Below are positions 47,881 to 62,758 of a stretch of DNA of 64,000 nt, one piece after another. The stretch is from NCBI GenBank assembly GCA_043228905.1, contig JBHGNT010000010.1, positions 6,572,001-6,636,000 of the forward strand, in the 5' to 3' direction. This DNA is from Azolla caroliniana. Its lineage: Eukaryota > Plantae > Polypodiophyta. The notes below the pieces were generated by a model. It was not told the origin of the DNA. It worked only from the letters and a program-made list of their open reading frames with translations, and searched no databases. Every line of letters starts with the position of its first letter. Within the stretch, counting starts at the first letter, position 1. The position numbers and the translations under genes were made by a program.

Positions 47881-50800
47881 CTCCTCCTCAAGCTCAACTT
47901 GAGGTCGGATCGTAGTGTCAGTCTCCATGACTGTCGGTCCTTCCACCCGGTTCCTTCTGGAGTCACTCCGCCTCGCTCGCGCTCCTCATCCGGTCTAGTC
48001 CCATTTGCCGTGACCCTTCTGATTCTGCGCACCTCGATCTCCTCGGTCGGCTTGTCTGCTCAACAGGCCCAATTTAGCTTCCTCGCTGCTATGACTTCGT
48101 TGCTTGCCGATTCGCCGATTCCTTCGTGTTGGCGTCGACTTTTGCTGCCTTTTCGTCTTCTTGGCCTTGAATTGATCCAGTTTTTCCGAATCCGTATGTT
48201 GAACGAAATCGGCTATCTCCGATTCGTTCCAGCTCTTGTCCGAATTGGTTGCTCCTGATTCATCTTATGGTTCCAAGCCCTTCACCACATCGGACCATGT
48301 CTGGGACTTGGCCTTCTTCTTCCGGTCGGCTCTGTCCTTCTTGACTCTGTCGCCGTTGCCGCTTGTTCCAACTTGTTCGGATGTGTCAACTTTCTTTTTT
48401 GACTCGGCTCCTTTCTTCTTCTTGTCTCTCCCTTTGTCAATTCTTCCCTCACCAGCACCTTTGCCCGTTCCGGTGTCTTTGCTGGTTCTCCCCCTCAAGT
48501 GTGGCACGTCGAGATGCTGAACACCAAGCATTTCGGTGAAGTGCTGCAACTTGTCCGATCTGAGAGGTTTGGTGAAAATGTCGGCAACTTGCCTATCCGT
48601 ATGAACATCCCCAAGTTCGACTTCACTGCTCAAGAGACACTCATGCACGAAGTGGTAGTGCACTTCTATGTGCTTTGTGTGAGCATGGAATATGGGGTTC
48701 TTGGTGAGCTACATGCTACTTATGTTGTCGCAGTAGATCAGGATCGGGGTTGGCACCTCCATCCACAGGTCTTGCAGCAGTCGCCGAAGCCAAATGGCTT
48801 CACAAGTGGCAACGGTAGCGCCCCGGTATTCAGCCTCAGTGCTCGAAAGGGCCACTGTTGGCCTGCTTTTTGTTGCTCCACGCAACAACCGCGCTACCAA
48901 GGTAAAACATATACCATGCTGGTATAACAGTCCCCGGTCCTTTGTGCCGCTCACATATCGCAAAATTCGATGCGCGCACAGAAGGTGCTCCACAGTCGGC
49001 TTCTACATATATTGGTTGATCACGCCGACGGGATAACTAATGTTGGGTCGGGTGATTGTCAAATATATGACACTTCCGACGATTTGTCGGAACCACTTCT
49101 CATCGTAGGCCGGTCCGGAGTCGGGTCGGAGCTTCTGGTTCCGGTCAAGGGGTGTGGAGATCGGTCGGCATTTCGTCATGCCGAAATTGCCCAACATATT
49201 CAAAACATAGTGTCTTTGTGAGAGCAATATGTCGTCGGGGGTTCGGATCACCTCGATCCCAAGGAAATAGTGAAGATCCCCCGGGTCCTTTATCTCAAAT
49301 GCGTCCGACAACTGGGACTTGACTCAGCTGATTTCATCGAGTCCAGGTCCGGTGATGACTAGATCATCGACATACAATAAGATGCAAACCGGACCATCTG
49401 GACCTTGCCGGATGAACAATGAAGAGTCGGACTTGGAGGACGCAAACCCCATCTTATGCAACCGGTGCGTGATCTTCGCATTCCAAGCTCGGGGAGCTTG
49501 CTTCAGGCCATAAAGTGACTTTTTCAGACGGCATACCGTTGACATGTTCATCTCCGACTGGAAACCGGGTGGTTGGGTCATAAAGACCTCTTCTTTAAGA
49601 TCGCCTTAAAGAAACGCATTCTTCACGTCCATCTCGTGAAGATGCCACCCCCTTGTCACAGAAACAGCCAACACCACATGAACCGTCATCATATTCGCTA
49701 CCGGAGCGAAGGTCTCGTCGTAGTCGATTCCGTGGGTCTGTGCGTATCCCTTCGCCACTAATCGGGCCTTGTACCGGTTAACCAAACCGTTGGCATTGTA
49801 CTTTACCTTGTACACCCACTTATATCTGATCCATTTACAGTGTCGGGGAGGGTCAACCAGGTCCCATATGTCGTTGGCATCAAGTGCCCACATTTCTTTC
49901 TCCATAGCGGCACACCAATTTGCGTCCTTTGCCGCTTCTGTGTAGCTCTCCGGCTCACGCACTTCTACAATCTTGGTCATGTACGCATAGTGATGCGCCA
50001 TGTACTCATTGTACCTGTACCGCTTCACGGGGTTCTTCTGGCGGGAAGACCGATGTAACTTATCGTTACCCGGTTTGAGGCCCTTCTTGGCTGGTTCGGT
50101 CTTCGTTGCCGAATATCCGCCTTCTCCTTTTTCGGAGTCGGATCCGCTCCGATCCGACTCAGCGTTGTCGGTTTCATATTCCGACATCTTCTTCTTCCCC
50201 TTCTCTTTGCGTATGAACCGTCTCCTTGGTTCCTTGCACAAGGAGAGCACGGTAGGGTCTCCACTACTAGCTGGTTCCTCATCCGATTGGTCATCCTGAC
50301 TCAGCTGCTCATTCGGTCCACTTAGGCAGAATGAGATCAGACTATCTTCTAGAGTCTCGAACCCTTCGTCTTCTAACTTGACCGGTTCAGGCTCACTAGC
50401 CTCATCTTCCAGTATCGGATCGGGGTCTGAAGTCAGAGCCGGTAAGGCATACCATGATGCCGTCTCATCAAACTCAACATCCCGGCTAACTCGAACCTGC
50501 TTCGTCCGGGGGTTATAACACTTATACCCCTTTTGCTCATGCGAGTAACCGACCAGGATGCATTTCTCCGACTTTGCATCCAACTTCCTTCACTTCTCAT
50601 CCAACACATTCACATATGCAATGCTACCGAATATCCGATGGTGTCTCAAATTCGGCTTGCGCCCGAAATATAGCTCATGCGCAGACACCTTGTCACCAAT
50701 CCGGTTTTGGATAAAGACGGCCGTCCAGACCGCCTCAGCCTAGTAGAATTTGGGCATGCTCTTCTCCTCCAACATCACCCTTGCCACGTCGATAATCGAC

Positions 50801-52757
50801 CGGTTCTTCCTCTCGTCCACACCGTTTTGCTCCGGTGTGTATCTACAGCTGAACTCTCTCCGAATTCCTTTTTGCTGCAGATAACTGTTGAATTGGCTGG
50901 AAAAGTATTCTTTTCCGCCATCCGACCGTAGGCACTTGATCTTCCTCTCCATTTCTTGTTCAACCAGGCTTTGTAGGTTCTGGAAACACTCGAAGACTTC
51001 GCTCTTCCTCTCAATGAGGTAGATCCAAGACTAACGTTCTGTGCCGGTCCCCATACATCCGAATGAATAAGGTCGAGCTTGTTATGGTTACAGTTTCGTT
51101 CGGTGGGGAATGGAAGCCGGTGTTGCTTCCCAAGTTGGAACCTTCACATATTTGGACCTTCTGGCCACTGAACTTCGGCAAACCGAAAACAACTTGTTCC
51201 GTTTGCAGGTTTTGAAGCCTCTGGTAATTGACGTGACCGATCCGCTTGTGCCAGAGATCAATATCCAATTCAATCTTCTGTGCTTTGGCGAACAAAGCGG
51301 TGCTGACGTCATTGGTGTCGAGGATGAACATCCTCCCATCTCTGCGCCCTTGCGAATAATCTGGCCCTCTTCCTCGATGAAGCACCCAAGGTGCATAAAC
51401 CGCACATGCATCCCCTGGTCAACGATCTGATCGACTGACACCAGGTTCTTCGTGAAAGTCGGAACGTGTAATACGTTCATCAACTTCCCCCTTTGTCTGA
51501 TGTGGCTAAAAGGGACTTCTCCGATATGCACGATTTGGTGAGTGTCATCTCTAGTTTCGACGACTCCCGGTTGTTCCGGTTTCTCCAAGAAAGAGAACCA
51601 CTCTCTGTAGCTCATCATGTGATTCGACGAACCGGAATCAACATACCACACTTCCTCCGATTTGGAAGTGGTCTTCTTCATCGAGTTAGCCTCGAGTTGC
51701 ATCACCATGGCTGGCCCTTTACCGGCTTTTCTGATTTTGGATCCTCCCGATCGTTCTGCATAGTGCAAGTATTGCCGATTCTCTTTGTCGGCCTTGCCAG
51801 ATCTGGATCTGTCCAAATCGGCACACTTCTTCCAACACATTGCTTTCTTTGTGGCCCTTTTTACCACAGTACCAGCATTCCGTGTTGGCCTTTGCTTGCT
51901 GGCCTTCGGCGCCGCCGTGACTCCCCCTGCTTGTGGAGGGTCCGGAACTGCTGTTGGCACGTTCTCTGTGCCTCCGGTCCTGCTCTTTCCGGCCGCTACC
52001 ATTGCAAGCCGACCCGCCTCGTCCACCACGCCCACCGGGCCGATCTGCCTCTGTGTACAACATCCAACTGTCGGTGGGTGCACTTGTTGACACACCGGGG
52101 TGGTTCTCCTCTACAAGGAGCATTGACTGTAAGTCGAAAAATGACGGCATATTCTCCCTTTTACAGACTGCCATTCGGAACACTCCGAACCTAGACGCTA
52201 GGCCCCCAGACAGATCTGCACCATCTCATCTTCCTCTACAGTGACGTTGATAGAGGCAAGTGAGTCACAGATCTCTTTAATTCGGGCCGTGTAATCAGCT
52301 ACTGACATGTCCCTCTATCGGACATTGCTCAACTCCTGTCAGAGTTGCAACTTCCGGGCCGTAGTGCTTGTCGTGAAAACCTTCTTCAGGTTTTGCCAAG
52401 CTTCTTTTGGCATCTTGGCATCTCAGACATGGCTCAGCAGCTGGTCTCGAACACTAGACGCAAAGCAGTACATCACTCTGCTTGCCGCTTGTTCCCACAC
52501 TGGGAAGTCTTTGTGTGTCGCATCAGGTGCTATGTCATTAGCTCCGTCGACATAGCTCCAGTAACCATGCCCAAGTATGTACTAGTGCATCTTGTATGAC
52601 CAAGATGCGTAGTTGGATCTGTCGAGCTTCTCCACCGGGAGCGAGCTAGCCATTCCTTTGTCCATCACTTCTCTTTCTGTTCTTACCAGGTCTTAGGGTT
52701 TGTCTTCAGATGCTGATGTCAGTTGTAGAGGTTCTCAACCCTCACACTTTGATACCA

Positions 52758-53189
52758 TGTAAAAAACAATAGCATGCGGAAGCAATAGAAAACCGAAAAC
52801 AGAAACACAGGTTTAATGGAGAGCTTGAATATACATAGTACGCGAGAGAGACAAAGAAAGAGCAGAACAACTTAAATCTATTATCAACAACTCTGTAAAA
52901 TTCTCTGTGCATACAACGTGCTCAACAACACTATTTATAGAAGTCCTAAGAGGTTTGACAGAAGTATAGTGTACTTCCATGCTCACATGAGCGTTTGACA
53001 CTAACTACGAGACATTAACTACCTAGTAGTCTAGGTTGCTACTAGGCTTCCGGTTACTGATTGATCCAGCTAACCGGCTCCCCAGTTCACCAGCTCACTT
53101 GCTCACCGCCTCATCCTTCCGGATGCCAATCCGGCTCAAGCTTATTCAGTCGATCCGGATCCGGATCCGGTTGAGCTTGCCGCTCAACA
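52758..53189 (-). repeat. 5' LTR of element I
   Basis: Adjacent to the iMet PBS. Confidence 0.92.
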
Positions 53190-56189
53190 AGGCCGTATGT
53201 TCATCCTCGAATCAAGCGAAGTAAAGTCAACCATGTACACAAAGGGCCAGAAAGTCGAAACCGACTTAAAACTATGGCACAAGAGAATTAGCCACATTAA
53301 TCTCCAGAAACTACAAAACATGCAATCAAAAGGAGTCGTAATCAGACTCTCAAACTTTACGACAAAGGAGATTATAGGCGTATGCTAAGCATGTCAGTTC
53401 GGGAAACAACGTCGTCACCCATTCCCTAAAGAGTGGAATGTGAGCAAAGCAATCCTAGATGTCATACATTCAGATGTGTGGGGACCAGCCCAGACAGCAA
53501 CATTCGACGGATGCCAATATTATGTCACGTTCATCGACGACTTCTCCAAGAACACCTGGATTTATCCGATGAAGCAGAAGAGTGAAGTGTTCAGGCACTT
53601 CCAAACATTCAAGGACGAAGTCGAAAAAACTAGGGGTCAGCATATACGTTGTCTTCGATCAGATGGAGGTAGAGAATATTTTTCAGATGTGTTTACGGCG
53701 TATCTCCGAAAAGAAGGAATCCGACGAGAGTTCTCGTGTCGACACACGGCTCAGCAAAGCGGCATAACAGAGCATAAAAATCGCCATGTAGTAGAAGTCG
53801 CACGAGCCAGGATGAATGAGAAGAACCTGCCGAAATCATATTGCTCAGAAGCGACAAATACGGCCATATATCTCATGAATAGGTGCACAACCTTGGGAAT
53901 ACACGATATAACTCCGCATGAGAAATTCTTCGAAAAGAAGTCGGTCTGTCACATGTCCGCATTTTCGGTTCTATCGCCTAGGTACATATTCCTGACGATA
54001 CGTGGCAAAAGTTTGATCCAATGTCGGAGAAATGTATCCTCGTAGGATACTCAATCGAACATAAGGGGCACAAATGCTACAACCCATCTACCCGTAAGGT
54101 TCGAACAAGTTGAGACGAATACACATCCTGGTAACCACCAGTGAATACTTTGACTCCAACCCCGCTCGACGCAAATGACACTGAAATAGAAATAGAAGTT
54201 GAGGATCAGCTCACACATATGTTAGAAAACAACCCAATTACGACATGGCTGAGTGGGCCATCAGAGCCACCGAGCGATGAAAGCAGATCTCGACGGAGTC
54301 CGAAGCTGGACAAAGGGAAGGCAAAAATGCGGGGATATGAAGATCAGTTCGAATTCGAATCGACCCACTCCCTTGATATTGAGTTCGAAGGCCTTGATAC
54401 CGGGACAGACGGCGTGAAGAAAGCTTCAGAATCCACGAACGAAAAGCTACACCAGTCCACCCGAGAGAAGAACCTCGTAAACCTCTACGGCTACGACGAG
54501 TACATGGTGTATCACTATGTCTTTATGATGAAAGTAGCGTCCGTACGGGAACCGGAAACACTTTCCGAAGCCGCAAAGGATCCGCGATGGGTCGACGGAA
54601 TGAATGAGGAGATGGAAGCTTTATGCAAAAACGAGACATGGGATCTCATTCCTCTCCCCTTGAACAAGAAAGCGATTGGCTGCAAATGGATATACAAAGT
54701 AAAATACAATGCCGACGGATCCGTAAATTGCTTCAAAGCACGGTTCATTGCGAAAGGCTACGCACAAATGCACGGCATAGACTACGAAGAAACCTTTGCC
54801 CTGGTGGCAAAGATGACAACTGTATGGACAGTAATTGCACTCATCGTAGCGAAGGGATGGCACCTCCACTAGATGGACGTGAAAAATGCTTTCCTCGAAG
54901 GAGAGTTAGAAGAAGAGGTGTACATGATACAACCACCCGGATTCGAATCGCGTAAGCATCCGCACGCCATATGCCAACTCAAGAAGCCACTCTACGGCCT
55001 CAAACAAGCACCGCATGCTTGGCACTCGAAGATCACTCAGTATCTTCACTAAGTCGGGTTTTGGATGTCAAAATCTGACACCTCTCTATACATCTTAAAC
55101 GAATCGGATAGCCTAATCATCATCATCCTTTACATGGATGATTTGTTCATCGGAGGGAAGGATCTCGCCGAGATTAACAAAGTGAAATCACTTCTTTCCG
55201 GTAGATTCGAAATGAAAGACTTACACAAGCTCCATTACTTCCTAGGTATTGAAGTAATTCAGACACCAGTCGGAATAATGATCTCTCAATGACACTACAT
55301 TCTCAACTTACTCTACAAGTTTGGAATGACCGAGTGCAAGCTTGTGTCTACCCCTCTTGATCGTAATCTCAAGATTGATGCCAATTCCGGAACCGCTAAG
55401 AGCGAGCCGACTTAGTATCGACAATTGATCGGTAGTTTGATCTATCTAACCATTGCGCGACCCGACCTTAGTTATTCGGTCGGCCTACTTAGCCAGTTTA
55501 TGCAGAATCCGCGAAATCTTCATCTGGACTGCGCTAAGAGGATACTTCGGTATGTCAGTACAAGAATGGACTATGGCATTCTATACCAGACGAATGCGAT
55601 CATTCGACTCGAAGGGTACACAGACGTGGACTGGGCAGTATATAAAGCAGAGGGGCGATCCACATCCGGATTCGTCTTCTCTCTTGGTAGTGGAGCGATC
55701 TCCTAGACTAGTAAGAAGCAGCCGACAATCGCACTATTGAGCACGGAAGCCGAATACAGGGGCGCAGCAATCGCTACATGCGAAGTCGTTTGGCTCAAAC
55801 GCGTACTAAAGAATCTGAGAGTACCCATCAAGGATCTGATTAGCCTATACTGCGACAACATGAGCAGTATCTACCTGGTGCGGAATCTCATATTCCACGC
55901 GCGGACTAAGCATATCAAGGTCCACTACCACTTCATCCGTGAGCGCGTACAAGCCGGAGAGATCGACCTACAACACATCAGTACGCACCTCCAGGTTGCT
56001 GATATTTTCACGAAAGCTCTAGGTGTCGACAAGTTTGGGCAATTTGCATTCGACCTTGGTCTCACGACATCTACATTGCCGAGCTTGAGGGGGAGTACGT
56101 AGCATACGAAGCACGGCTAGACTACGCAACACGCAATAAGAAGCGTAAAAAGAAGCGTAAATCAATAAAGTCGGAATCTGATTCCTTAA

Positions 56190-57325
56190 ATTGAGTCATT
56201 GATTTATGCTACAATCACAAGGTCGGACATTGTTCATGTTGTTGGTGTTTTGTCACAATTTATGCAGGAGCCCATGGTGAATCATTTAAAAGCTGCTAGA
56301 AGAATATTGAGATACATAAAAGGAACAATCAATTATGGTTTAATTTATGATAATGATGTTAATCTAGACCCAAAAGGGTATTGTGATGTTGACTGAGCTG
56401 GATCTCCAAATGATGGAAGAAGCATATCTAGAAATGTGTTTATGATAGGTACAAAAACCATATCATGAGTTCGAAGAAACAACCAACAGTAGCGTTGTCA
56501 TCGACAGAAGCAGAGTACAAATCTCCAACAAATGCTACTTGTGAGGTGATGTGGTTGAAGAGGCTAATGGGTGATTTACAAATAAATTATGGTGATTTTA
56601 TTTTATGTTCAGATAGTATGTCAGCAATCTATTTAGCAAAGAATCCAGTATTTCATGCAAGGAGCAAACACATTCAAGTTCACTATCATTTCATAGAAAA
56701 CGTGATAACCAAAAAAATTCTTTTGTTACATGTTAAGACAGGTGATCAAGTTGTAGATATATTTACAAATTTTTTGGATTTAGAAAAGTTAAAGAAGTGC
56801 ATGCGTCAAATGAACATAGGAGGTATATCATGTCGAGCTTGAGGGAGAGTGTTCGAAGTCAAGGTCATACTTGGAAGGACTTGAACACATGACATATGTG
56901 TTCATAATTATTTGATTTCCATTATTGATTTATTATATTATATTATTCGGTAGTCAATATTAGTTAATGATAAAGGTAATTGCATGTCATAATGTATGCA
57001 TGCTTAAGTGGTGTGCATTCAAAAAGCATGTCTGACAAGTGGTGTTCATGCAAAAGACAAGTGGTGTTCATGCAAAAGTTCTTCACTAGTATAAAAGAAG
57101 GCTATAGAGTTTTGAGTGTGGAATAATTATATATGTAAAATCTCTTCCTCCCTATATTGTATGCATATATTTTCATTATTATACTATCATAGATTGAATC
57201 TTTCCTCAATATATACATCATTTGTTAATGTCTATGTTTCTATCTCTATACATGTATGTTATTTATTGATCTTGGAAGCCTACATCGTGTTTTGTTGTGC
57301 ATGTAGAGTTGTCAAAACTCTAACA
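56190..57325 (+). mobile_element. 3' end of an AT-rich Copia element (RT end, RNase H, PPT, LTR 56850-57325)
   Basis: LIYATITRSDI..KKQPTVALSSTEAEY; TTGAGGGAGAG followed by TGTT..TAACA. Confidence 0.8.
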
Positions 57326-57619
57326 AGGTATGTACGCAGAGATGAGATGAGAGAGTGATAGAGATGAGCAGATAACACAACCAATTAATTCAAAATAAGA
57401 ATACTCTATACATACAATGTGATCAGTGAGCACTATTTATACAAGTCTTCAAAAGTACTAGAACAAAAGTACTAACAAGACTTATTTCAATGCTCATAAA
57501 TAAGCTACTAACATTGACACCTAAAATATTCCTACGAGGAATATAGGTCCTAACGGTTTCCTGGCTCCCCGTCGATCTGGCCTAGTTGATTGGCCCAAGC
57601 TGAGCTTGCTCGATCAACA
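57326..57619 (-). repeat. Truncated LTR of the A/D/I/J Copia group
   Basis: Shares CACTATTTATACAAGTC, AATGCTCATAAAT and the GAGCTTG..TCAACA end with those LTRs. Confidence 0.7.
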
Positions 57620-57899
57620 ATTGTCTATGTTTTACCTAAGTGTCTGTAGATATATGACTCAGTTGGTTGTGTCTTTTGTAGTAGCTTCCGCACACTATTC
57701 TTTTATAGATTTGAACCCACAACTTCTTGGTCTACATGTCAAACATTTATAGTAACATATATGATGTATAATCATAAATTATATTATTAGTTATTTTAAG
57801 ATATTTAGAGTATTCTACAACATTCTAGAGTATAGAGGAAGTGGTCGAAACTACACTTCTCTAATTTTGCATAGAGACCATATTCTCACAACCCTTACA

Positions 57900-59621
57900 A
57901 AGCTTGGTAAACATGTATATCATGCTCCTCTTGAGTTTTTTAGTAGATAAACATATCATCCAGGTAAACTATGATGAAGATATCAAGGAAATCTCGAAAA
58001 ATGTCATTGGCAATATGTTGAAAAACGGCTAGTGCATTCGTGAGACCAAATGGGATCACTGTATACTCAAAATAGCCATAGCAAGTGCGGAAAGCAGTCT
58101 TCCATTCATCCCCGGGACGAATTCAAACAAGGTTGTACGCAACTCGAAGATCTAACTTCGTAAAATATTTCGCTCTGCTAAGGCATTCTAGAAGGCTTGA
58201 GATCAATGGTAGAGCATATCTATTTCGAATAGTCACTTTATTCAATCCACGATAATCCATGACCAGACGAAGCGAACCATCGTTCTTCTTAACGAAAAAG
58301 ATGGGTGTGTTAGCAGGAGATCTTGAATGTTGGATAAATGCATTTGCCAGGTTCTCATCGATATATTCTCGAATAACCTCTAATTCTGTGGGCAAAAGGT
58401 TATAAATTGGCGCCCATGGAGGCTCTTTTCTTGGATGCAAATAAATCGGGCAATTATATGGTCGATGCTCTGGTAGTCTATTGGCCTTCACCTTATCGAA
58501 CGCATTGGAGAATTTTGTATACTTGTTTGGTAGTTGGACTCCCAATTCTTATGAGCTAGATGAGAATTCTCTTGGGAGTTGCTAAAATTGCGAACACAAA
58601 TATATCTTCCTTCCTCAACTAACCAATGTACAAAGATTGTTGAAATCTTGTGGAACCTTAGATCCCTTGTTGGAGATTTAAGAGTCTTGGATTGTAATGT
58701 GAACTCTTCAATAGTTCTTTTTCTCCAATCAATAATTGGGTTATGTAGTTCAAACCATGGAAAACCAAGAACTAGGGAGTGCTCTGGACTACTTATGATG
58801 TTGAATGAGATGACACTAGCCAAATTACCTAGGACTACACGAATTGGTTCAAACTCAACTATATCACCTCATGTTATGGGGCACCCATTAATGACTCTAA
58901 CATACATTGGGTTTGGGAGCTTATGCAACTTGATCCTATGCATTATAGTGAATTCATGATCCATGAAACAAGAGTTGGCTCCAAAATCTAAGAGGGCAAA
59001 AGTTGAGAATTGATGTCAACTAGATGTGGTAAGCTCAACGTGTGTGGAGATAACCCGACTAGCTTAACCTGATGCAATGGAACCACTACTAGGGACGAAC
59101 GTTATATGCCTAGGACTGACCAACCAAATGGCTCCTATTTTGGTTGTACTGACTTGTTTAACACATATTCTAATTGGCTCAAAACATCAAATGTAATTTT
59201 ATGACAGGGGCTAATAGGCCTAATTAGGTTACAAGAAGGTGCGATAGAAATTGAAATGGGGTTATCATGGGCACTTGCTTGATTAACTTGTCCTCTTGGT
59301 TTATGTGGACAATTCACAATTATATGTCTTGGACCACTGCTGTGACAATATAGGCATAAACAGTTCGCTCGACATCGTTGCTTTTTAGCATCTGATAATG
59401 GTCCTCGGCATCGTCTTGTCTCGATTTCCATCAGAGTGGGGCCTTCCATCAAACTAGGCTTTGATAATTGTGGGGGAGTTGCGACCCCCGAAACATATAC
59501 AGTTTCTTTTTATCTGAAGCGTAACATTTGTTTGCGTTCAGAATGGCGCTCAAATAAGCGATTGTCATAGCGCATGGCCCGACTTCTTGCTTTAGTAAGA
59601 TATTTTGGATCATCATGGATG
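57900..59621 (-). mobile_element. Second Tcn1-like chromovirus fragment (gag end, PR, RT N-terminus), related to C
   Basis: LPEHRPYNCPI, IRNRYALPLI, VYLDD, ALLDFGANS and CLYC..HIIVNC motifs. Confidence 0.88.
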
Positions 59622-62600
59622 TGTTAGCCACGCAAGACGATTCAAGATGTGAAAGGGGCCGAAAGACCGATATGAGTATGTGGCCAATACAAGTAGTAGT
59701 TGGACAGGTGTGAAGCTGGACAAAGATATAGCCAAAAAAGCCAAGATATTTACTAGCTGAAATTGTAAAATAGCAGTAGTTAGTTAGTTACATAACTATT
59801 ATGAATCGTATGTATTTTCTTGATGTAACCTATCCATGCTTTCTATAAAACAGGGGCATGAAGCATTGTAAAAAGGATCGGTTTGTAAGTGTTTATCATT
59901 CTTAATATAATTTTTATTTGGGAATACGGTGTTTGTGCTTTTCTCATTATATTTTTTATTGTATAGTGTATTGTGTAAGCTGATCGGTTGTACCTAACAT
60001 AGAAAATGTGCCAATCACTTATACCAAGCAGTTGATTAGGTATAATCTGCGTGATTAACCTTTATATCAATTGTGACTAGTAAGTGTAAGCACATATCTC
60101 TTACCACAAACCTTGGTAAGGTTACTTAGGGATTAAGTATCCGACCCATGTTCCTAGAGAATAGTAACACAATTTGGCATGCCCGGTTCGATATATTAGA
60201 GACAACAAATAGAAGGAGGATGGATGTCATTTGAACAGGGTGACTACGACGGATCTGTGAGATACAGAGAGCCACGCACAAGATCAAAGCACTGACGAGC
60301 AGAAGCGGAAGACGTGTTAACCAAAATTCCCAACTTAGAAACTCCCAAAAACATTTCGGAGAACGAGAGGTTCAATAATCAACTTCCTCAATCAAGTGAC
60401 CAAGATAGTACTGTCAAGTCTAACACATAGGAACTAGAAGTTCCGGTACTAATCAGCCCACATAGCGGGTCGACAGAACTTCAAGAAGAGGACATGTTGT
60501 TGTATCCATATCCGAAATACAACGATGAGCCTGATGGCAAAGCGCATGTGCGCGCCTTTCTTACTACATGGCAGGCTAACCATGTGTCTCAAAGACTGTC
60601 ACAAGCTGACGCGGATGCGTCGAAGATAGCGAAATTTGGATCATCACTAGAAGGTCAATCGGTGAATTAGTATTCACAACATGACCAAGGCAAGTTTGAG
60701 ACTTTCAAAGAACTCACTGACAAATTCATTAGATTCTTTCATCAACGAATAGCACCATGAGGACTGATGAGTTAGTTCTATGCTACATAATAGGAACCAT
60801 ATGAGATGGTTTAATAATTTATCATTCAGTTCCAAAATCTTCGGAGGCAGTTGTTGCTCCCACCTCTTGATGAAGATTTAAAAGAAACATTTTTATGGCT
60901 CTCCGAGAACCTCTTCGAACAACATTTGCAATATTAGATTTCAAAGAGGACACAATTGAGCAAGCCATTGACCGGATGCTCATAATGGATAGAGCACAGA
61001 CAAACAACATGTCAATGGCATCATTAAAATGAGCCTTACTGAAGGACAAAGAGCTAAAATTCCGACAAGCAATTCAATGCAAAACGAATGAGGTGAGTCG
61101 AGTGAGGTGACAAACCCCATATGCTATAGCTGTAGAAAAGAGGGTCACCATGCAAATAGGTGCCCAAACAAGGAGTGAGGAAAAGCTCCACCTGTAAATA
61201 TGGTAACAACAAAGGTACAACAACTTACCATCCAAAGCAAGGCCAAGTAGTCTGAGTGGGATGCTCAGGAAGAAACTAGAAAAGCGGCAAAAACATGAGC
61301 CGAACAAGCGAATACAAGGAATGTCAACCGAATGCATAAGGAGATGAATGATATATCAAGCAGAAAATCAAACACGGAAGCAGTGCCGACAATAATAATT
61401 GAACCTATTGCTAAAGATTCAACATGGCAAGTCCCACCTGACTGCCAAATCACATTACCATTGGCAAGATTGCTAAAACTAGTGCCCAGGTTCACAAAAA
61501 TAGTAGCGGCAATTTTTAGTAAGGGGGAATTGAGAGTGGTTCACATTAATTTCACTAATTCAACCCAAGGACCGGCAATAATGGATGAGCACAATCTAGT
61601 TGTCAAAGTGATAATAAAGGGCAAGGAAGTACCAGGGAGTATAATAAACAAAGGGTTGAGAGTAAATGTCATAAGCAAAGTGACTTGTGATCATCATGGT
61701 ATTCAAGAATGGGAAGTGTGCCTATTCTGGCTTTGGATGACCGACACAACCTCCATCCGACCACTCGGATTAATTAAGAACTTAGAACTCTCGATGGGAG
61801 GCTACCCATTTCAACATTTCCATGGTCGTATTAAAATTGGATGCATTAGGAGCATATCCACTCCTATTGGGCCGACCTTAGTTATGAGCAATCAACATTA
61901 AACATGATTGGCAACAGAACACAATTAGTTTCCAACGAGGAAAGACCAAGATTCGAGTGCGTACTTACAAGAAAGTGCCCACACTGAAGGAATTGACTCC
62001 CCTATATGTTGAACGGATCAATATGCTAAAAGGATTGGCCAATGAAGAGGTCAACCAATATCTCAAGGAGAATCCAAAGTTGGTGCCACTATTTGAGATA
62101 GATGTAATCTAAATGATTACCCCATATTTGTTAGGCTAGGATACAACAGAAGAGGAAAAATCAAACGAAATGAACCCACAACAATGACAATTACAACAAG
62201 CATAGGAAGCAATGGAACATTAAATGCAAGTATCACAAAGAGTAAGTGCCTCAACCTTAGAAGAAGTTAATTTAGGATCGGCGGATAAATAGAAAACCGT
62301 CCTAATAGTCAAGGAAATGGTGCAATATGACAAGATAGCCATGGTCAAACTATTACAAGAATATAAAGATGTATTTGCCTAGTTGTATGAAGACATGAAA
62401 GGGCTGGATCAGAACTATGTTTTGTCAACATCAAATTCATTTAAACAAGGATGCCAAGAAAATTCAACAACGGATATACCGGATGAATCCGAACTATGCC
62501 ACGAGAGTCAAGGAAGAAATCGACAATTTACTACGTGTCAGATTCATGGGACTGGTCAAAAGGGCTACCTGATTAAACCCAATCGTCGTAGTACCCAAGA

Positions 62601-62758
62601 AAAATGGCAAAATCCGAGTATGTGTCGATTATTGCAAACTAAATTTGGCAACCATAATTGATGCCTTCCCTTTACCATTCACTACTGGCATTTTAGATGC
62701 AGTAGCAAGGCATGAGATATAAAGCTTTCTTGACGGGTTCAATGGCTGCAATAAATTT
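59622..62758 (+). mobile_element. Degenerate non-chromovirus gypsy element (5' LTR, tRNA-Arg-type PBS, gag, PR, RT start); interrupted by element J
   Basis: LTR ~59622-60170; PBS TGGCATGCCCGGT at 60175-60187; YKDVFA, PIVVVPKKNGKIRVCVDY, SFLDGFNG. Confidence 0.8.

Larger units (their letters stand above)
47472..53189 (-). mobile_element. Full-length degenerate Copia element I
   Basis: LTRs 47472-47880 and 52758-53189. TSD AGGCT/AGGCC. PBS 52746-52757. PPT 47881-47891. Gag-PR-IN-RT-RH remnants. Confidence 0.93.
45781..56190 (+). mobile_element. Copia element H (related to A/D/I/J), lacking its own 3' LTR; interrupted by element I
   Basis: LTR 45781-46073, PBS 46074-46085, gag/PR 46187-47471. 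Resumes RMFILESSEV at ~53195; IN, RT and RNase H to LPSLRG at ~56095. Confidence 0.85.
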
